A stretch of 64,000 bases of DNA from an uncultured delta proteobacterium (GTDB lineage Bacteria; Myxococcota; Myxococcia; Myxococcales; Anaeromyxobacteraceae), in the NCBI GenBank assembly GCA_963845515.1, contig CAWJSR010000028.1:160001-224000 (forward strand), in the 5' to 3' direction. The notes beneath the pieces were generated by a model. It made no database searches, was not told the DNA's origin, and saw only the letters and a list, made by a program, of their open reading frames with translations. This document shows, piece by piece, positions 62,713-64,000 of this stretch (within the stretch, counting starts at the first letter, position 1; the number at the start of each line of letters is the position of its first letter). The translations under genes were made by a program, and so were the position numbers.

Positions 62713-64000
62713 ATGAACCAGATCACCGAAGCGCCCTTCGCCACCACTGCCGGGCGCAGTGGGGCGCGACCATGCGCATGAGTCGGCGCACCTGCACGTG
62801 GCCGGCACCGCCACCTACATCGACGACCTGCCCGAACTGGCCGGCACGCTGCATGCGGCGCTGGGCCTGTCGCCGGTGGCGCATGGCCGGCTCAAGGGCA
62901 TCGAGCTGGACGCGCTGCGCGCCCTGCCCGGCGTGGTGGACGTGATCGCGGCCGAGCACATCCCCGGCGAGAACCAGTGCGGCCCGATCGTGCACGACGA
63001 CCCGATCCTGGCCGAAGGCACGGTGCAGTACCTGGGCCAGCCGGTGTTCGCGGTGATCGCACACACGCGCGACGCGGCCCGGCGCGCGGCGGCGCGTGCC
63101 AAGGACTTCCTGGACATCGAGCCGCTGCCGGCGGTGCTGACGGTGCGCGAGGCGCATGCGGCACAGTCCTATGTGGTGCCCCCGATGCACCTGACGCGGG
63201 AATCGGCGCCCGGCGCCTGCCAGCGCGCCATCACCACCGCACCGCACCGGCTGCAGGGCAGCTTCGTGCAGGGCGGGCAGGAACAGTTCTATCTGGAAGG
63301 CCAGATCAGCTACGCCGTGCCGCTGGAAGACGGTGGCATGCGCGTGCACTGCTCGACGCAACACCCCAGCGAGATGCAGCAGGTGGTGTCGCATGCGCTG
63401 GGCGGTGCGGCGCATGCGGTGCTGGTGGAATGCCGGCGCATGGGCGGCGGCTTCGGCGGCAAGGAATCGCAGTCCGCGCTGTTCGCCTGCATCGCCGCGG
63501 TGGCGGCGCGGCGGCTGAACCGGCCGGTGAAGCTGCGCCCCGACCGCGACGACGACTTCATGATCACCGGCCGGCGCCACGGCTTCGAGTTCGACTACGA
63601 CATCGGCTTCGACGACAGCGGCCGCATCCTCGGCGCCGAGGTGACGATGATCTGCAACGCCGGCTTCAGCGCCGACCTGAGCCCGCCGGTGATGACGCGC
63701 GCGATCTGCCACTTCGACAACGCCTACTGGCTGCCCGAAGTCGCCATCCACGGCTACTGCGCGAAGACGAACACGCAGAGCAACACCGCCTTCCGCGGCT
63801 TCGGCGGGCCGCAGGGCGCGCTGATCGTCGAGCTGATCCTGGAGCGCATCGCGCGCCAGCTGGGGCGCGATGCGCTGGAGGTGCGGCGCGCCAACTTCTA
63901 CGGCAAGACCGACAACAACGTCACGCCCTACCGCCAGACGGTCACCGACAACGTCATCCACGAACTGGTCGACGAGCTGGCGGCCAGTTGCGACTACGCG
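62713..64000 (+). CDS. xdhB: Xanthine dehydrogenase molybdopterin subunit, partial at the window edge (indel near the 5' end)
   Basis: HESAHLHVAG..YIDD, GGQEQFYLEGQ, STQHPSE, RMGGGFGGKE, SNTAFRGFGGPQG. Confidence 0.95.

Overview
This window is a composite of two sources. Bases 1 to about 1067 are moderate-GC archaeal DNA of Methanomicrobiales/Methanoregula type. They carry an atypical receiver-domain gene, a wHTH + 4-Cys TFEbeta/RPC34-like gene and an Sm/Lsm gene. That DNA is joined abruptly, in the middle of a gene on each side, to about 63 kb of very GC-rich betaproteobacterial DNA resembling Rubrivivax/Piscinibacter/Ideonella-type Burkholderiales (taxonomy inferred by eye). The bacterial part contains: a 7-bladed Asp-box propeller lipoprotein; a translationally coupled five-gene cluster (delta-VPH 'thermostable hemolysin'/GNAT, adenylate-forming enzyme, heme-oxygenase-like diiron enzyme, SDR, exported TPR protein); an orphan OmpR-family regulator and a cytoplasmic 2xGAF-5xPAS hybrid kinase; a ferritin-like diiron enzyme with DUF1127; two TTC38-like TPR paralogs; phospholipase D; five intact or decaying PEP-CTERM genes; tonB-exbB-exbD-exbD-TPR with an inserted multi-hairpin element; a gloA region; a DUF433/DUF5615 TA pair; a TRAP transporter with a class III aminotransferase; edd-eda with a HexR box; a patatin/beta-barrel protein; and a purine uptake/catabolism region (two add-family deaminases, BMP ABC transporter, guaD, LysR, xdhAB). 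The most interesting signal is a shared 11-bp-phased GATAC direct-repeat element (GAC-N8-GATACC) in three separate promoters. It links the OmpR regulator, the hybrid kinase, the diiron enzyme, a TTC38-like/hydrolase operon and phospholipase D into a candidate undescribed regulon. Many genes carry 1-bp indels in patches, most consistent with long-read consensus errors. I saw no rRNA, tRNA, CRISPR array or transposase. All family calls come from motif recognition, not database searches.
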